The position numbers and the translations under genes are program-made. From an uncultured Planctomycetota bacterium (GTDB lineage Bacteria > Planctomycetota > Planctomycetia > Isosphaerales > Isosphaeraceae): 64,000 bases of DNA. The notes beneath the pieces were generated by a model that was not told the DNA's origin, did no database searches, and worked only from the letters and a program-made list of their open reading frames with translations. This document shows positions 41,901-52,647 of the stretch, one piece after another. Positions within the stretch are counted from its first letter, which is position 1. Each line of letters starts with the position of its first letter. Where the stretch lies: assembly GCA_963823665.1 (NCBI GenBank), contig CAWGMQ010000006.1, positions 256,001 through 320,000 on the forward strand, in the 5' to 3' direction.

Positions 41901-44865
41901 AGCCGCCTGGCAAACTCCGATCGAGTTTTCCGGGCACACAGCCGCCCTTGCGGCCGTGGCATTTTCCCCGGACGGGCGCCGGCTCGCGACGGCATCGTAT
42001 GATCAGACGGCCCGCGTCTATGACCTCGCGTCGGGCCGAGCGCTTGCGGCGCTCGAGGGTCACTCCGCGGCTGTCACCGGCCTGGCGTTTCGGCACGACA
42101 GCGCGCGGCTCGCGACAACGGGGCTCGACAACACGGTGCGCCTGTGGAACACGGCAACGAATCGGGAGATATGGAATCAAGCGGGCTACACGGCCCACCT
42201 GAGCAGTGAAGTGTTTGGCCCCGACGGCCTCGTGATCACGCCTAACATGGGGATTGGAGCGAGCCGGGAAACGAAGACCGACATGGCTCAAGTGATCGAC
42301 GTGGCTACCGGCAGCACCCGCAGACTTCGGGGCCACGCGGGGACCGTCGCGGCCGCAGCCTTCAGCCCGGATGGCAGGACGGTGGCCAGCTCCGGGTTCG
42401 ACAGGACGGTCCGGTTCTGGGAAGCAGCGAGCGGCCAGCCTGCCGGCCAGCCTCTTTACGGACACACCGCCCGTGTCGGCAACGTTGTCTTCAGCCCCAA
42501 GGGGACGTACCTCGCGTCGGAAGCGTTCGATGCTACAGGGATCATCTGGGATGCCCGGCGCAAAGTCGAGTTGTTTCGTCTTTCCGGTTTGACAAGCGCG
42601 GTTTCGATCCTGGCGTTTGATCCCGACGAGAAGGTTCTCGCAACGGCGGACCGCAAATTCAGCGTGAATCTCTGGGATGTCGCGCAGGGCCAGATCGTGC
42701 GAATGCTGGAAGGCCACACCGGGGCGATCAGTGCGTTCGCCTTCAGCCCCGACGGCCGTTTCGCCGCTACGGCGAGCAACGACGGCACGACCCGAATCTG
42801 GAATGTGAGCACTGGCGGACTGGTTAATTTATTCAAGCTCCAGAATCGAGTAGCTGTTACACCGATCCAGTTCGCCGTCGACGCCAAGGGAGAGCTCATT
42901 TTCACGTATGCTGATGAGGCGGCCCATTTCTGGACAGTGCAGGGCGGCTCGAAGGACCCACGGGTCGTTCCAGTAGGAGCGCATGGTACCGCGCTGGCTT
43001 TCGACAAGGAGGGAAAGAAACTGGCCATCGGTTGCTCGGACGGGTCAGTGCATCTGGCAGATACAACCACTATGGGAATCACTTCTCGACAGCCGAGCTG
43101 GTACATGTCGACTGAGAACCTGCCTGTTTTCAGTCCGGACGCCGGACGGCTCGTCACGGCCGACCTGAACGGCCTGGCACACGTCTGGGACACCAAGACC
43201 GGGTCTGTGATCCACGATTTGCCGCATGAGGGCCAGCGCGTGTTAGCCGCCACGTTCAGTTCCGACGGCCGCCTGCTCGCCACGGCGACGGATCGTGCCG
43301 TCGTGCGGCTCTGGAATACGGCGATGGCGAATGCCCCACTCTTCCGCCATGTCGTCAAATATCCACAGGTGCTCCTCGCCTTCAATCCTGCCGGCACGCT
43401 TCTGGCCACCGGTAGTGGATCGGAAAACACGGTGCTTCTGTTGAACTGCGACAAAGGCGTCGAGGCCGCCAGGCTCACGGCCAGCGGAAGTGGTTTGAGT
43501 AAGATCGTCTTCAGCGCAGACGGTCAACAAATCGCGGCGAGCTGCCGCGACAATGCGACGCACGTATGGGATGCCCAGACTTTCAAGGCCGGGCGGCCGC
43601 TGCTGTGCGATGCGAGCGTCAATCAGCTTTCCTTCAGCCCCGACGGGACCAAGCTGGCGACGGCAGGAGGATTGAAGGCACGCATCTGGGACCTGAAGAC
43701 ACGGACGCCGAGGGATCTGCCTGTCCAGATGCCGGGCGTCGTCCGCTGTTTGAAATTCAGCCCGAGCGGAGAGCAGCTTGCCTCCGCGGGCGACGATCCG
43801 GTGGTCCGGGTCTGGGACGCGCAGACACTCAAGCAAGTCGCCGACCTGCCGGGCCTTCGCTATCCTGTGAATGAAGTTGATTTCAGTCCCGACAGCAAGT
43901 GCGTCGTGGCGGCATCCGGCGATGTTTCGGTTCGGAGCTGGGAAGTCGCGACGGCCAAGCTGGTCGCCGAGATGCGCGTCGGTGCGGCGACTCCGGCCGT
44001 TGCATACACCAAAGATGGGGCATTCATCACGACCGTCGACTACGCGAACGGGGCGAAAGTCTGGGATGCGAAGTCTGGCAAGCTCCTTTCCGCGCTCGGA
44101 AATATCGCCCACTCGCCCGTCAAGAGCCTGGCATTCAATCGTGACGGCAAGTCAATCATCGCCGTTCTGGGCGACGGCACGGCATGGGTCCGGGACGCAG
44201 ATACGTTGCGGTTCAAAGACGTTGTCGGCTCAGCCGAAGCGTTCACCAACGTACTTCAGATCGATCGCGACGGCGCCCGCGTGGTGATTACCCACGGCGA
44301 GGCAGGCTGGAACGATTCCGATCAGAAGCCGTTTGCTCTGATCGTGCATGAGGACAACACGCCCGCCGAGCACGTGCGCGATCGGACCACCTCCGCGGTG
44401 ATCGAAGCAGGGTTCAGCCGCAGCGGCAAGCTCGCGTTCACGCTCAGGCGTGACGGTACAGCGACCGTGTGGGAAACTTCCTCGAGGAAGTCGCTAGTCA
44501 GGACGGGCGATTCGTCGTTTCGGCCGGGCGTGACCGCGTTCCCGGATGTGGACATCAGCCCGAATAACAAGTTCCTGGCGATCACCAGTTTGTCGGGAAA
44601 GATCAGCGTGTGGGATCTCGATTCCGGCAAAATCCTGACCACATATACAGGGCCATCGGCCAACATCCAGTGGATCGGCTTCAGTCCCGACAGCGCAATC
44701 TTGATGGCGCTTTACGACGACGGAATTGGACGTCTTTTTGGCGCCGACATGTTGGGTCCCATCGACGACGTTGCCAGGAAGGCGCAGGCCATCCTTCGCA
44801 AGGTGGGGCGGGAATTGACGGAATCCGAGCTACAGAAGTACCTGAAACAATCTCTGATCGATTGA
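38905..44865 (+). CDS. nSTAND1-type STAND NTPase - TM helix - very long WD40 repeat array (~1986 aa)
   Basis: ATGA overlap with SIR2 stop; PFVGLAPF.E.D..YFFGRD, YGPSGCGKSSLL, LLLVLDQFEDYF, LQLVMRRLW, EIYHDVL; TM ILLVSSGVLVALILLFSVL; roughly 25-30 WD40 repeats (GH..V..AFSPDG..LATAS.D.T.R.W). Confidence 0.92.
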   Translation: MTDTGSAGTVERPFVGLAPFAEGDARYFFGRDTDRAVITSNLVASRLTVLYGPSGCGKSSLLDAGVVNQVNNMVVPRQTAEIGKPEFVVVSFHEWRDRPRDALLERLRARIEAVVGRAIEPPGQDLLADVLASWSSEVSGALLLVLDQFEDYFLYHGRKVVEGKFAHELSGAINRSGLRANFLISIREDSLAQLDAFQGHVQNLLSNTLRLDRLDQKRGRETIVGPIERYNELRGNGAPKITIEPELVNAVLHAVKAGSINLDTTGRGRVDQRDESGEDAGSIETAYLQLVMRRLWEAEIAAESHVLRMATFDALGRAQRIVGTHLDTVMKSFDTERRGIAAELFRYLVTPTGTKIALSLNDLAGLTGLSGEAVAPVLEQLGSPRVRVLREVKGPIDDQATHRHEIYHDVLAGVVLDWRRRYSTERAKKRVRRNILLVSSGVLVALILLFSVLEARYKERIAEERATLDAKERELTAVANTRIAKAESEAAQSSVLATGAALVLGDDPDLSLALALAAIGSHRSPTAERALRQALAAARVRQVVGKAGGSKLVSVAYSPDGRQFATAGEDGKAELWDTASGAPVGRIDNVAIRGASLAALQFVGEGQYFATVDVGGNVAVFDLSSPGMKLERVIGPPKSTRMLALSFAGAAARVAVATDDKAIRCWELPSGKPLVDKIHPSDSVKALMLSPDGEKLAIGLEAAAANGPGHPGGARVGTGDGAGVGDSHTGDRSTVRIVELSDPDAGASLSETATVTALAFDPDGKRLAVGTRVEQSGVTALSPLRLWSLQNKAWRHGANIQGRFEPAVVEFNPTGTLLATGGKDGFAQLWDANLGYPRGTLNCQSPITQVAFSPDGERVLLASEDLSVRIWPVGTNGSLLVLRGHRNDVLDAVFAPDGQTIATASADGTARIWNASAESPSIALPAPAAPWTNAVFTPDSKRVILAGADNQLRMVETTTGQVVGEPHPHPAPVIAMDLSTDGSRLATAGGDRIARVWNLAAWQTPIEFSGHTAALAAVAFSPDGRRLATASYDQTARVYDLASGRALAALEGHSAAVTGLAFRHDSARLATTGLDNTVRLWNTATNREIWNQAGYTAHLSSEVFGPDGLVITPNMGIGASRETKTDMAQVIDVATGSTRRLRGHAGTVAAAAFSPDGRTVASSGFDRTVRFWEAASGQPAGQPLYGHTARVGNVVFSPKGTYLASEAFDATGIIWDARRKVELFRLSGLTSAVSILAFDPDEKVLATADRKFSVNLWDVAQGQIVRMLEGHTGAISAFAFSPDGRFAATASNDGTTRIWNVSTGGLVNLFKLQNRVAVTPIQFAVDAKGELIFTYADEAAHFWTVQGGSKDPRVVPVGAHGTALAFDKEGKKLAIGCSDGSVHLADTTTMGITSRQPSWYMSTENLPVFSPDAGRLVTADLNGLAHVWDTKTGSVIHDLPHEGQRVLAATFSSDGRLLATATDRAVVRLWNTAMANAPLFRHVVKYPQVLLAFNPAGTLLATGSGSENTVLLLNCDKGVEAARLTASGSGLSKIVFSADGQQIAASCRDNATHVWDAQTFKAGRPLLCDASVNQLSFSPDGTKLATAGGLKARIWDLKTRTPRDLPVQMPGVVRCLKFSPSGEQLASAGDDPVVRVWDAQTLKQVADLPGLRYPVNEVDFSPDSKCVVAASGDVSVRSWEVATAKLVAEMRVGAATPAVAYTKDGAFITTVDYANGAKVWDAKSGKLLSALGNIAHSPVKSLAFNRDGKSIIAVLGDGTAWVRDADTLRFKDVVGSAEAFTNVLQIDRDGARVVITHGEAGWNDSDQKPFALIVHEDNTPAEHVRDRTTSAVIEAGFSRSGKLAFTLRRDGTATVWETSSRKSLVRTGDSSFRPGVTAFPDVDISPNNKFLAITSLSGKISVWDLDSGKILTTYTGPSANIQWIGFSPDSAILMALYDDGIGRLFGADMLGPIDDVARKAQAILRKVGRELTESELQKYLKQSLID

Positions 44866-44931
44866 GCTTCAGCTTGAAGCGCAAGATCGCCTGACACGAT
44901 ACCGACCGGAGCGCAGGCTGCCGGAGAAATC

Positions 44932-46266
44932 CTACGCCTTGGCGAGCCGCGCCGCATGCTTCTGCACCTTGCGGACGGCTGCGGCGATTTCATCCATGTC
45001 TGATCGCGGGCCCAGGAGCATCGTCTGGGTGAGCCAGACGGCCACTTCGCAAAGTGCGTCGTTCGCCGGGCAGCGAGTCTTTTCCAGGTAGCTCGCGATG
45101 CGGCCCGCTCCGTAAATCGCCTGGAACCCGCGCGACTGGAGCGTGTTCTTCAAGAACGGCTCCTTTTCGAGCGGCTGATAGCCGCCGGAGGCGGGAATTC
45201 CCTCCGCCACAAGCGCCTGGAGAAACTTGCCGCGAGGCAAGCCGTCGAATTGAGCTTGATCATAGCGGAACATGTAAAGATGATAGGCATTGCGAGTGCA
45301 GCCCTCGTAGATCCGCGCCGGCGCGATGCCCTTGATCTCGCGCAGGAGCTCGGTCAAGTACGCGGCGTTCTGCTCGCGGCGGCGGGATTGTTCTTCGAGC
45401 CGCGTCAGTTGTTGCAGCAAAAGCGCGGCCTGAAACTCGGTCATGCGCAGGTTGGCGCCGTTGCGCACGTAGGAGAAGCCGGCGGTCGAAGAGCCGCGGC
45501 CGTTGTTCTGAAAGCTCTTGCATTGCTCGATCAATTCGTCGCTGTTCGTGAGGATCGCGCCGCCTTCGCCGGAATTGAGGTTCTTCGATCCCTGAAAGCT
45601 GAAGCAGCCCAGATCGCCGAGCGTGCTCACCTTGCGGCCGCGCCACTCAGCCAGGTGTGCCTGGCAGGCGTCTTCGAGCACGGGGATCTTGTGCTTGGCG
45701 GCGATGACGGCGATCGTGTCCAGATCGGCAGCCGCGCCACCCAGGTGCACGGGGATGATGCAGCGGGTTTTCTCGGTGATGGCCCCCTCGATCTTGCGGG
45801 CGTCGATCTGGAAAGTTTCTGGATCGGTGTCGACGAAGACGGGAAGAGCGTGGTGCATGAGCACGGCGTTGACGGTGGCGACGAAGGTATACGGCGGCAC
45901 GATCACCTCGTCGCCGGGCCCGACACCGAGTGCGGCCAGCGACGTGATGAGCGCGCTTGTGCCGTTGGCGACGGCCAGGCAGTGCTTGGCGCCCAGGGTT
46001 TTTGCCCAGGCTTGCTCGAACTCGTTGGCGTAATCACCGCCGAGGCGGCACCAGCGACCTTTGCGGAGGACGTCACCCCAGGCCTTCTCGTCGTTTTGGC
46101 GGATGATGGGCCACTCGGGGAACGGACGATTCCGCACGGGCTTGCCGCCCAGGATGGCGGGAGTCTCGTCTGTTCGCGCTGCCGCGTGCCGCGGAGCGAG
46201 GCCGATGGCACCGGCGGCCGAGGAGATCGCACCCAGAAACCCGCGACGCGAACGGGGCTCTCGCAT
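44932..46266 (-). CDS. DegT/DnrJ/EryC1/StrS PLP aminotransferase with a Tat signal
   Basis: [53 protein letters not shown]. Confidence 0.92.
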   Translation of the reverse strand: MREPRSRRGFLGAISSAAGAIGLAPRHAAARTDETPAILGGKPVRNRPFPEWPIIRQNDEKAWGDVLRKGRWCRLGGDYANEFEQAWAKTLGAKHCLAVANGTSALITSLAALGVGPGDEVIVPPYTFVATVNAVLMHHALPVFVDTDPETFQIDARKIEGAITEKTRCIIPVHLGGAAADLDTIAVIAAKHKIPVLEDACQAHLAEWRGRKVSTLGDLGCFSFQGSKNLNSGEGGAILTNSDELIEQCKSFQNNGRGSSTAGFSYVRNGANLRMTEFQAALLLQQLTRLEEQSRRREQNAAYLTELLREIKGIAPARIYEGCTRNAYHLYMFRYDQAQFDGLPRGKFLQALVAEGIPASGGYQPLEKEPFLKNTLQSRGFQAIYGAGRIASYLEKTRCPANDALCEVAVWLTQTMLLGPRSDMDEIAAAVRKVQKHAARLAKA

Positions 46267-46293
46267 GGTCGGTCCTTTCTTTCCGTATCGTTT

Positions 46294-47782
46294 TCAGATC
46301 AACTGGCGGATGGGCTCGGCGCCTTCCACGCCGACGAGCTTCTGATGCAAGCCGGCGTAAAAATAGTTGAGTCCGTTGGGGTCGAGGCCGAGCTGGTGCA
46401 GGATCGTGGCATGGAGGTTCTTGACGTGGAATCGATCCTCGACGGCCGCGCTGCCGAGCTCGTCCGTTTTGCCCACGCTGGTTCCACCCTTGATGCCGCC
46501 GCCGGCCATCCACATGGTGAAGCCGAAGGAGTTGTGGTCTCTCCCGGTGCCCTGGGCGAACTCGGCGGTGGGCTGGCGGCCGAACTCGCCGCCCCAGACG
46601 ATGAGGGTTTGATCGAGGAGGCCGCGCCGCTTGAGGTCTTTGATCAGGCCCGCGATCGGTTGATCGGTGTTGCCGGCGTGAAAATTGTGGTTGGCCATCA
46701 GATCGGCGTGGGCATCCCAGTTGTCGTCGTTATGGGCGCCGCCGGAGTAGATCTGGACGAAGCGGACGCCGCGCTCGACCAGCCGCCGGGCGATCAGGCA
46801 CTTGCGGCCGAAGTCGGCCGTACGAGGCTGGTCGATGCCGTAGAGCTCTCGAGTCTCGGCCGATTCCTGGCCCAGGTCGACGGCTTCGGGCGCGGACCGC
46901 TGCATGCGAAAGGCCAGCTCGTAGCTGGCGATTCTTGCGGCGAGCTCCGAGTTGTCGGCGCGAGGCGAAGTGGGCGTCGTTTTTCTCTCGAAGGCGATCG
47001 AGCAGGAGTCTCCGCGTGGCGCGGTCTGCGCCCGGTGGCGAGGCCAGGTCATGGATCGGCACCGAATCGGCGCGCAGGACGGTTGCCTGGAACGCCGCGG
47101 GCATGTAGCCGCTTGACCAGTTCTTGGCCCCGCTGATCGGCCCCCCCTTGCGGTCGAGCATGACGACGAAACCGGGCAGGTTCTCGTTTTCGCTGCCGAG
47201 TCCGTAGGTGACCCACGAGCCCAGACAGGGGTGGCCTGAAAGCAGGCGCCCGGAATTCATCATGAGCATGGCCGACCCATGGATCGGTGATTCAGCATAC
47301 ATCGAATGGATGAAGGCGATGTCGTCGACGCAAGTCGCCAGGTGGGGGAAGAGCGTGGAGACTGGCTTGCCGCACTGCCCAAACTGCTGGAAGCTCCACT
47401 TGGGGCCGACGATTCGCCCCTGATTTTTCTTGCCGCCGCGGCCGAAGGTCTTGACCGCGATCGTCTTGCCGTCCAGAGGGTAAAGGTCGGGCTTAAAGTC
47501 GAAGGTATCGACGTGGCTCGGACCGCCGTACATGAACAGGAAGATGACGCTCTTCGCCTTTGCCCGAAGCGGCGGGACCCTGGGAGCGAGCGGATTGACG
47601 AAGGGCGTGACGCCGTCGGCCGCGACGGCCTGACGTGCGAGGAAGCCGTCGGACTGCATGAGCCCTGCAAGCGCCGCCGACCCGAAGCCGCCGCCGATCT
47701 GCCAGAGGAATTCGCGGCGGGTGCGGCCACAGAACGAGCCGGGTGGCGGACGGTCCGGACGGAACAGAGAACGTTCATCCAT
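46294..47782 (-). CDS. DUF1501 domain protein (Tat); frameshift near 46965
   Basis: TRREFL, AKSVIFLFMYGGPSHVDTFD.KP, ARRLVERGVRFVQ, WGGEFGR, GRDHN, LHATILHQLGLD. Confidence 0.92.
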
Positions 47783-48026
47783 GGTGGATCGTCTCGCGGC
47801 GAATGGGGTTCATGCAGGCGAACTCGGAGGAAACGGAAGGCGGGGGCAAGCTGTTCGCGACCGGGCGCGATCCTTGACATTCACAGTATGCGGAAATGTG
47901 CGAGGTGACGCAATGGAGCGCGGCCCGCGGGCGACGCTGGGCTCTCGACGTATGCACGCGTGGTGTTGTCGGTTACGATGTTATTGAACGTTTCCGCGCA
48001 CGCTTTTTTCAGGTAAATTCAGCGAC

Positions 48027-48645
48027 ATGGCGTCGGCATCCAGCAATCACACGATTCAAATTCAAGGCTGGCTCGACAGGCTGCGCGACGGGGACGAAGC
48101 CGCCCGCGAAAAGCTGCTGCAATTCTCCTGCGAACGGCTCAGGCGATTGACTCGCAAGATGCTGCGCAGGTTCGAGCGGGTGCACCGCTGGGAGCAAACC
48201 GACGACGTGCTTCAAAGTGCGATGCTCCGATTGCATCGAACGCTTCAGGACGTGCGGCCGGATTCGCCGGCCGATTTTTACCGGCTCGCCGCGCTGAACA
48301 TTCGCCGCGAGCTGCTTGATCTGGCCAAGCATTACTTCGGCCCGTGCGGGCTGGGAGCCAGGCACGCGAGTGTGGAGGGCACGGCTGACTCGCTCGGCGG
48401 GCGCAGGAGCAGCGGGCGGCTGCGCCAGACGATGCTCCCGACCAGCTTGCGCGATGGACCGAGTTCCACGAAAAGATCGCGAGCTTGCCCGCGGACGTGC
48501 GAGATCTGTTCGATCTATTGTGGTATCAGGAGCTCCGGCAGGCCGAAGTCGCGGAGATTTTGGGCGTATCGGAGCGCACCATCAAGAGGCGCTGGGCGGC
48601 GGCTCGGCTCCAGTTGCACGAGCTCTTAGGCGGCGAATTGCCTGA
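48027..48645 (+). CDS. ECF RNA polymerase sigma factor (planctomycete kinase-associated type); frameshift near 48400
   Basis: GDEAAREKLL..RLRRL..DDVLQ..IRRELLDL region 2; second frame LP...R.LFDLLWYQEL.QAEVAEILGVSERTIKRRW region 4. Confidence 0.85.
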
Positions 48646-48660
48646 AAGTTGATTCTGCCC

Positions 48661-51600
48661 ATGACGTCGTTAAAAAGCCTTGCCGACCTGCTTGTCGAGT
48701 GGGAAGAGCAGACGGAGGCCGGCAAGACGGTGGCACTCGAAGAGCTTTGCCGCAATGCTCCCGAGCTGCTGGATGTGCTGCGCGGAATGATCGATAAGCT
48801 CCGCGCGGTGAACTCGGCCATGGCGACCCAGAGGCTCGAGCGGAGCGAGGGGAACATCGAGTTCCGTACGGTCGCGCCGGCCGAAGCGATGACGGGCACG
48901 GTCTTGCCTTCCGTTCCGGGCTACGCGATCCAGCGCGAGCTGGGCCGCGGCGGGATGGGGGTTGTTTACCTGGCGCGCCAGGAGGGGCTCGAGCGTCTGG
49001 TGGCGATCAAGATGCTACCCCAGGGGGCAGAAGCCGAGCGCACGATGCAGCGGTTTCAAACCGAGGCGGAGGTCATCGCGCGGTTGCAACATCCCAATCT
49101 CATTCAGATCTATGAAGTCGGGACGGTCGAAGGCAGGCCGTTTTTCTCGATGGAATATGTGCCGGACGGCACGCTGGAGGAGCAGCTTCGGCGTCAACCG
49201 CTGGCACCGCGTGAAGCGGCGCGGCTCATCCAGATCCTGGCGACCGCCATGCACGAGGCCCATCGCTGCGGCGTCGTGCACCGCGATCTGAAACCGGGGA
49301 ATATTCTGCTGAGACGAGAGGGCGATGGAACGGAAGATACGACGCTCGAGAGCGGCGTGTGGCTCGCCACGGCGGCCGAGGCTCCGGGGTCGTTCTGTCC
49401 CAAGATCACGGATTTCGGGTTGGCAAAGCGGCTGGGCGAGGCCGAAGGGCTGACGCTCACGCACAGCGTTCTGGGCACACCGTGCTACATGGCGCCCGAG
49501 CAGGCGCGGGGCGACTCGAAGAATGTAGCAGGGACCACCGACATCTACTCGCTGGGCGCGATCCTTTACGAGCTGCTCACCGGCCGCCCTCCGTTCAAGG
49601 CAGCAACCGTGTGGCTCACGCTGCAGCTTGTCAGCAGCGCCGAGCCCACGCCGCCGCGCTCGCTCCAGCCGAGTGTGCCCGGCGATCTCGAGGTCATCTG
49701 CCTGAAGTGTCTGGAAAAGAGCCCGGCGAAGCGTTATCCCCGGGTCATCGATCTGGCCCATGATCTGCGGCGCTTCCTCGAGGGGGAGCCTATCCTGGCG
49801 CGACCAACGCCGTTGCTGGAGCGCGGAGTCAAGTGGGCGCGACGGCGGCCGGGCCCGGCGGCTGCGATTGCCGTCGGCGTGTTCGCACTGGCGGCGCTGC
49901 TTTGCGGGGATCGCGTATCACAATGTGAAACTACAGAGCGCGCTTCGGGCCGAGCAGGCCAGCGCCACGGAGAGCCGCCGGAGGCTCGTGCGTCTGGAAG
50001 TGGCGCAGGGAAACCATGCTCTCGATCGCGGTGACAGCACACTCGCGATGCTCTGGTTTGCCGATGCCTTGCGTCTGGATGATCCCGCCCATACCCGGGC
50101 TCATCGCCTCCGGCTGGGAATGGCTGCTGCTCTTGCTCCGCCGTTGCGGCAGATCTGGTTTCATGGCGACGCGGTGCGGCAGGCCAGCTTCGATTCAGGC
50201 GGCGCGCGGGCTTTCACATTCAGCGAGGACGGGACGGTCAGGATCTGGGATGTGGAAACCGGAGCGGCGATCGGCAAGCCGCTCGTCCATCCAGCTCCGG
50301 TAGTCGACGGAGCACCCGGCGCCTCGGGGCTGGTCGTGACGGCTTGCACGGACGGATCCGGTCGAGTATGGGACACGGGCCGAGGAGAAGTCAGCGCCTA
50401 TCTCGGGCACCAGGGCCCGCTCACGACCGCGCGGTTTGACCGGGCTGGCCGAAAGATCGTGACGGCATCGCGCGACGGGACGGCCAAGCTGTGGACGGCC
50501 GATGGCAAGCTGATCGCGATCTTGAAGCATAGCGGTCCGGTGAACGATGCCGCGTTTTCTGCGGGCGGGCAGCTCGTCGTCACGGCGGCCGAGGACCGCA
50601 CGGCACGGGTCTGGGAGACCGAACATGGCGCGCCGGTGACTCCCCCCCTGCTCCATGACAGTCGAGTTGTCCAGGCGGCGCTATCGCCAGACGGGACGCT
50701 CGTCGCGACGGCCAGTGACGACGTGGTGGCGCGGATCTGGCAAGTCAGCAACACGCCGGCTGCCCCCAAGATTCTCAAACATGCGCTTCCGGTAACATGC
50801 GTATTGTTCAGCGGCGACGGCGGACGGCTCGCCACCGGCAGCCACGACGCCACCGCACGGATCTGGGACCCGCGTGATGGCAAACCGGTGGGCTCGCCGC
50901 TACGGCACGAGAGCGGTGTGCTAGGGGTTGCCTTCCATCCCGACGGCAACCGCGTTGCCACGTGCAGCGACGACAACACCGCGCGGCTGTGGGACGTGGC
51001 AACCGGCGAGCCCTTGACCGCACAGCTCAAGCACGGCGGAAATGTGCAGTGTGTCGCGATTGACCCGCGGGGGCGCTTCATCTTGACCGGCAGCATCGAC
51101 GGAACCGCGCGGCTCTGGGACATCTTGCCGGCGCGCGACAAACCGTCGGTCGAGAGGGAACCGGCGTCAAAGGTGGTGCCGCGGGAAGAGACCAAGGTTT
51201 GGTGGAGCGCTGACCGCAAGTATTATGCGACACCCGAAGGCAGTCACTCGGCGCGAATTCACGACGCGGGCGGTAAGCCGGTCGGGCCGGAGCTGCGTCA
51301 TGGCAGCCTGGTCAGCTTTGCGGCGTTCAGCCCGGATGGAGCGCGCCTGGTCACAACCAGCGAGGACTGCACGGCGCGGTTCTGGGATGCGGCGACGGGA
51401 GACCTGCTCGCACCGCCGTTGCGGCACCTGGGAAGCGTGCGCTGCGCCGCGTTCAGTCCCGACAGCCGCTCGTATGTGATGACCGCGAGTACGGACGGCA
51501 CAGCACGGATCTGGGATGTTGCGACGGGGGAGCCCGTGAGCCCGGCGCTGCGATTTTCGGGTGCACCGGTGAGTGTGGCGTTTCCTTCTGCAGAACGGGT

Positions 51601-51808
51601 TCAGGTGAGGACCGTTCAAGGGAGCGAGACCTCGACCTGGACGTGGCCGCTCGTGAGCACTCGTTTGGCCGCCGGAGTGTTGCTTTCGGAAGCGGAGGTT
51701 CTTTCGAATTGTCGCATCGATGCGGACCGCGGTCTGACGCCGCTCGATATTCGCACGTTGCGGGAGGCGTGGGTTGAAGGTGGGCGAGTGCGAGCGGGCG
51801 GTAAGTAG
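48661..51808 (+). CDS. Ser/Thr protein kinase with TM and C-terminal WD40 repeats; frameshift near 49905
   Basis: LGRGGMGVVY, VAIK, HRDLKPGN, KITDFGLAK, GTPCYMAPEQ; WD40 repeats H...V..AAFSPDG..TAS.D.TAR.WD. Confidence 0.9.
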
Positions 51809-51899
51809 GCGTCGTGAAGACGGGGCGAGCCCACGCTTTACAAACAGGATGACGGGGCTTGGAATCCCTGATCGCCCGCCCTAAATCATCGCGATCAGG

Positions 51900-51935
51900 A
51901 AGCTTCGCCACCGACGAATCCAGGACGTATTTCAT
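51900..51935 (-). pseudogene. N-terminal remnant of a PIN/VapC toxin
   Basis: MKYVLDSSVA (PIN-domain first strand with conserved Asp) coupled by ATGA to the upstream gene, then similarity stops. Confidence 0.5.
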
Positions 51936-52150
51936 TCAGGAAGGTCGCCCCGGAGCTCGCGGATGGCCGGCACACCGATATCGAGCAGACCGTGTTGCCG
52001 GTACGTCTCTTCCCGCATTTTATCCATCCGCTCGGCAGCCCTGCGCATCGATTCCGGATCCCGCTTCGAGGACATAGCTTGCTGGACGGCCGCTTGAAAC
52101 TCGGCTTCCAGTTCTGGCGTTATGGCCGATTTGTTCGCCTGCTTAATCAT
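51932..52150 (-). CDS. Small helical protein, putative antitoxin of the truncated PIN toxin
   Basis: 72 aa, GGAGG RBS; RDPE.MRRAAERMD.MREE....G..DIGV..IRELR. Confidence 0.6.
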   Translation of the reverse strand: MIKQANKSAITPELEAEFQAAVQQAMSSKRDPESMRRAAERMDKMREETYRQHGLLDIGVPAIRELRGDLPE

Positions 52151-52312
52151 GGGTACCTCCAGAAGGATTCTAAATCACCTCGCGCGAATAGGAAACGCCG
52201 ACTTTACCTCTCGAATGTTGCGATTCACGTTCAATTTGGCGCAGCTCAGCGACTCGAACTGCGTCCAGGCCGACACGGTCATGGGTGTGATCGCGAAACA
52301 ATTCCTAACGGA

Positions 52313-52618
52313 TCACTTGGTCTGGCGCTCATTAGTGCTTTCCAGGGTTTCCTGCTCGGCGCGATATGTCTCCACTGCCGCCAACCAGGCGTCGAACAAG
52401 GGGTTTTGCGGTAATGGTAGAACCGGGATTGGGGGCCAAGGCGGATGGACGGGATGATCGATGAGAATCGCCCCGCGCTCAAGCCGGCTAGCGAGCTTCT
52501 CGTCAAGGGCATTAAAAGCCTCCGCAGCGGAGGCCGCTTCCGCCGAGAGCTCCAGCGGCCCACCCGTCGTCGCGCGAAACCCAATTTGGCTGGGTTCGAC
52601 CAAGATCGGAATCGTCAT
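52313..52618 (-). CDS. Hypothetical small protein (HicB-like/antitoxin-like)
   Basis: GGAGG RBS; IPILVEP...GFRA..G.PL.LSAEA....EA, ..NPLFD.W..AVE.YR. Confidence 0.55.
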   Translation of the reverse strand: MTIPILVEPSQIGFRATTGGPLELSAEAASAAEAFNALDEKLASRLERGAILIDHPVHPPWPPIPVLPLPQNPLFDAWLAAVETYRAEQETLESTNERQTK

Positions 52619-52647
52619 GGCAGCCTCCCACGATAAGTCGTTCGCCT

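Noticed and set aside
45250..47136. 628-aa plus-strand ORF (similarly 20508-21761, 23868-25025, 33400-34368, 58325-59542)
   Set aside because: Antisense shadows of well-supported genes, expected in high-GC DNA; no recognisable motifs
47874..47902. TTGACA as the -35 box of the ECF gene
   Set aside because: No plausible -10 hexamer 16-18 bp downstream
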